NCBI GenBank assembly: GCA_022813865.1
Contig: JALDZX010000034.1
Coordinates: 62,001 to 126,000 of the forward strand
Length of the DNA stretch: 64,000 nt
Direction of reading: 5' to 3'
Source: Xylographa opegraphella
Lineage: Eukaryota
The notes under the pieces are model-generated. The model worked only from the letters and a program-made list of their open reading frames with translations, was not told the DNA's origin and searched no databases. Positions 62,912 to 64,000 of the stretch are shown piece after piece; position 1 is the first letter of the stretch; each line of letters starts with the position of its first letter. Both the position numbers and the translations under genes were made by a program.

Positions 62912-64000
62912 GTAGGCATCGGGGCCTAGGGGCAGTGAACCGAAAAAGTGGAGTCATTGGGCGCCGTGGCTTAATGTTTATTCTGGACATCGTTCACGCG
63001 TTATGTTAACCACACAGCATAGTGGAGATGTTCGTCTGCATATGAAGGGGCAATCAGTCTGTAAATACGATACCCGAGGCCATGTCCATGGCTAACATAA
63101 GTGTTGTTCACTATCTCTTATTTTGACTTTCTTTTAAGCATTTCAATCGTTGCTCAGTCTCCACGAGTCTAGAGTCAGTAATCGTACCTTCAACCTATAT
63201 ATATAAGACCCTCACCCGCGTTTTCTTGTGCTTCACGAGAAGTTTTACATCATCAAAATCCTTTTAGTGAAAATAAACCAGACCATGGAACGTATCAAAA
63301 GCATTGTGGACACGGTATACCGAGCGCAACCATCGATCGAGACATGAATCCACAAGGTCCCTCAGTCATACATACGATGGCGAGAAAGGGTCGGACACTC
63401 CACCTCCATACTCTGTCTTGCCTCTGACTATCGCCGTGGAAACTAAAGGCCCGGAAGGTAGGAGCGAAGTAGAAATAGCGGACGTCCGTACTAGCAAGAG
63501 AATAATAGACAGGCTACTTCCAATGACGAACGGAAGACAAATTGTAAGACTTAAGCGGTGGCTTCTACCTTGGTGGATGAGCAATTCTGTGATATAAACC
63601 CTGATTGTCCACCAGCCGAAGTTCAGACTACATATACATATATTGATGAATCAACGACTACGCGGTGATAAAATGTACCGTAGCAATAGCATTGATGTAT
63701 GCAATTTAGTTTTGTAAAAGCGTTGATCACAAACTTTGCCCAGATGAGAGAGACCAAAGCCATACTTGAATTGCTATTACCCACGTACCTGATATTCAAT
63801 TAAACGAAGCAAATATTACCATACCCTTCAAGAATATTGTAGAGTCCAGAGTCAAGGAGGCTCCATACGATGACAAGATTGGTAGACTCTCTACTAAATT
63901 GTAAGGAAATGCAATCTCATACACAAGATATACCAGAAGTCGTACAGCCTTTATTGCAGTCTTCGATTCCTCATTCACAAAGTGCGAGAGAGGTTAACCC

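Noticed and set aside
63285..63597. Small gene with TATA box and PPPY motif
   Set aside because: The ATG frame closes after 20 codons, the PPPY frame lacks an ATG, and I could not build a convincing splice model.

Overview
Eukaryotic DNA from a filamentous ascomycete (Pezizomycotina-type): short GT-AG introns with CTRAC-like branch points, and fungal housekeeping genes. The left ~27 kb is a secondary-metabolite gene cluster with the terrein / 6-hydroxymellein-type core. It encodes a Zn2Cys6 regulator (cut by the left edge), an FAD monooxygenase, an intact non-reducing PKS (SAT-KS-AT-PT-ACP-ACP-TE), a divergently transcribed stand-alone DH-pseudoMT-KR protein and a phenol-hydroxylase-type FAD monooxygenase. 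The core is extended by a flavin-dependent halogenase, a small spliced YCII-family gene that the ORF track only partly captures, and an O-methyltransferase, and it ends in a pseudogenised MFS exporter. The cluster most plausibly makes chlorinated, O-methylated mellein/isocoumarin-derived or ring-modified (cyclopentenoid/quinoid) products. This product assignment is inference, and related clusters are already known. The right ~36 kb holds ordinary conserved genes (hotdog thioesterase, RING-like protein, PXA/PX protein, SUB1/PC4, OXP1, RFA1, two dienelactone hydrolases, UBP14, RPL18, PRO2, CSN3, TFIIIC subunit, VPS62-like), plus a few small repeats, orphan ORFs and structured introns. All family assignments come from motif recognition by eye, with no database search. 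Exon boundaries were read by hand and may be off by a few bases.
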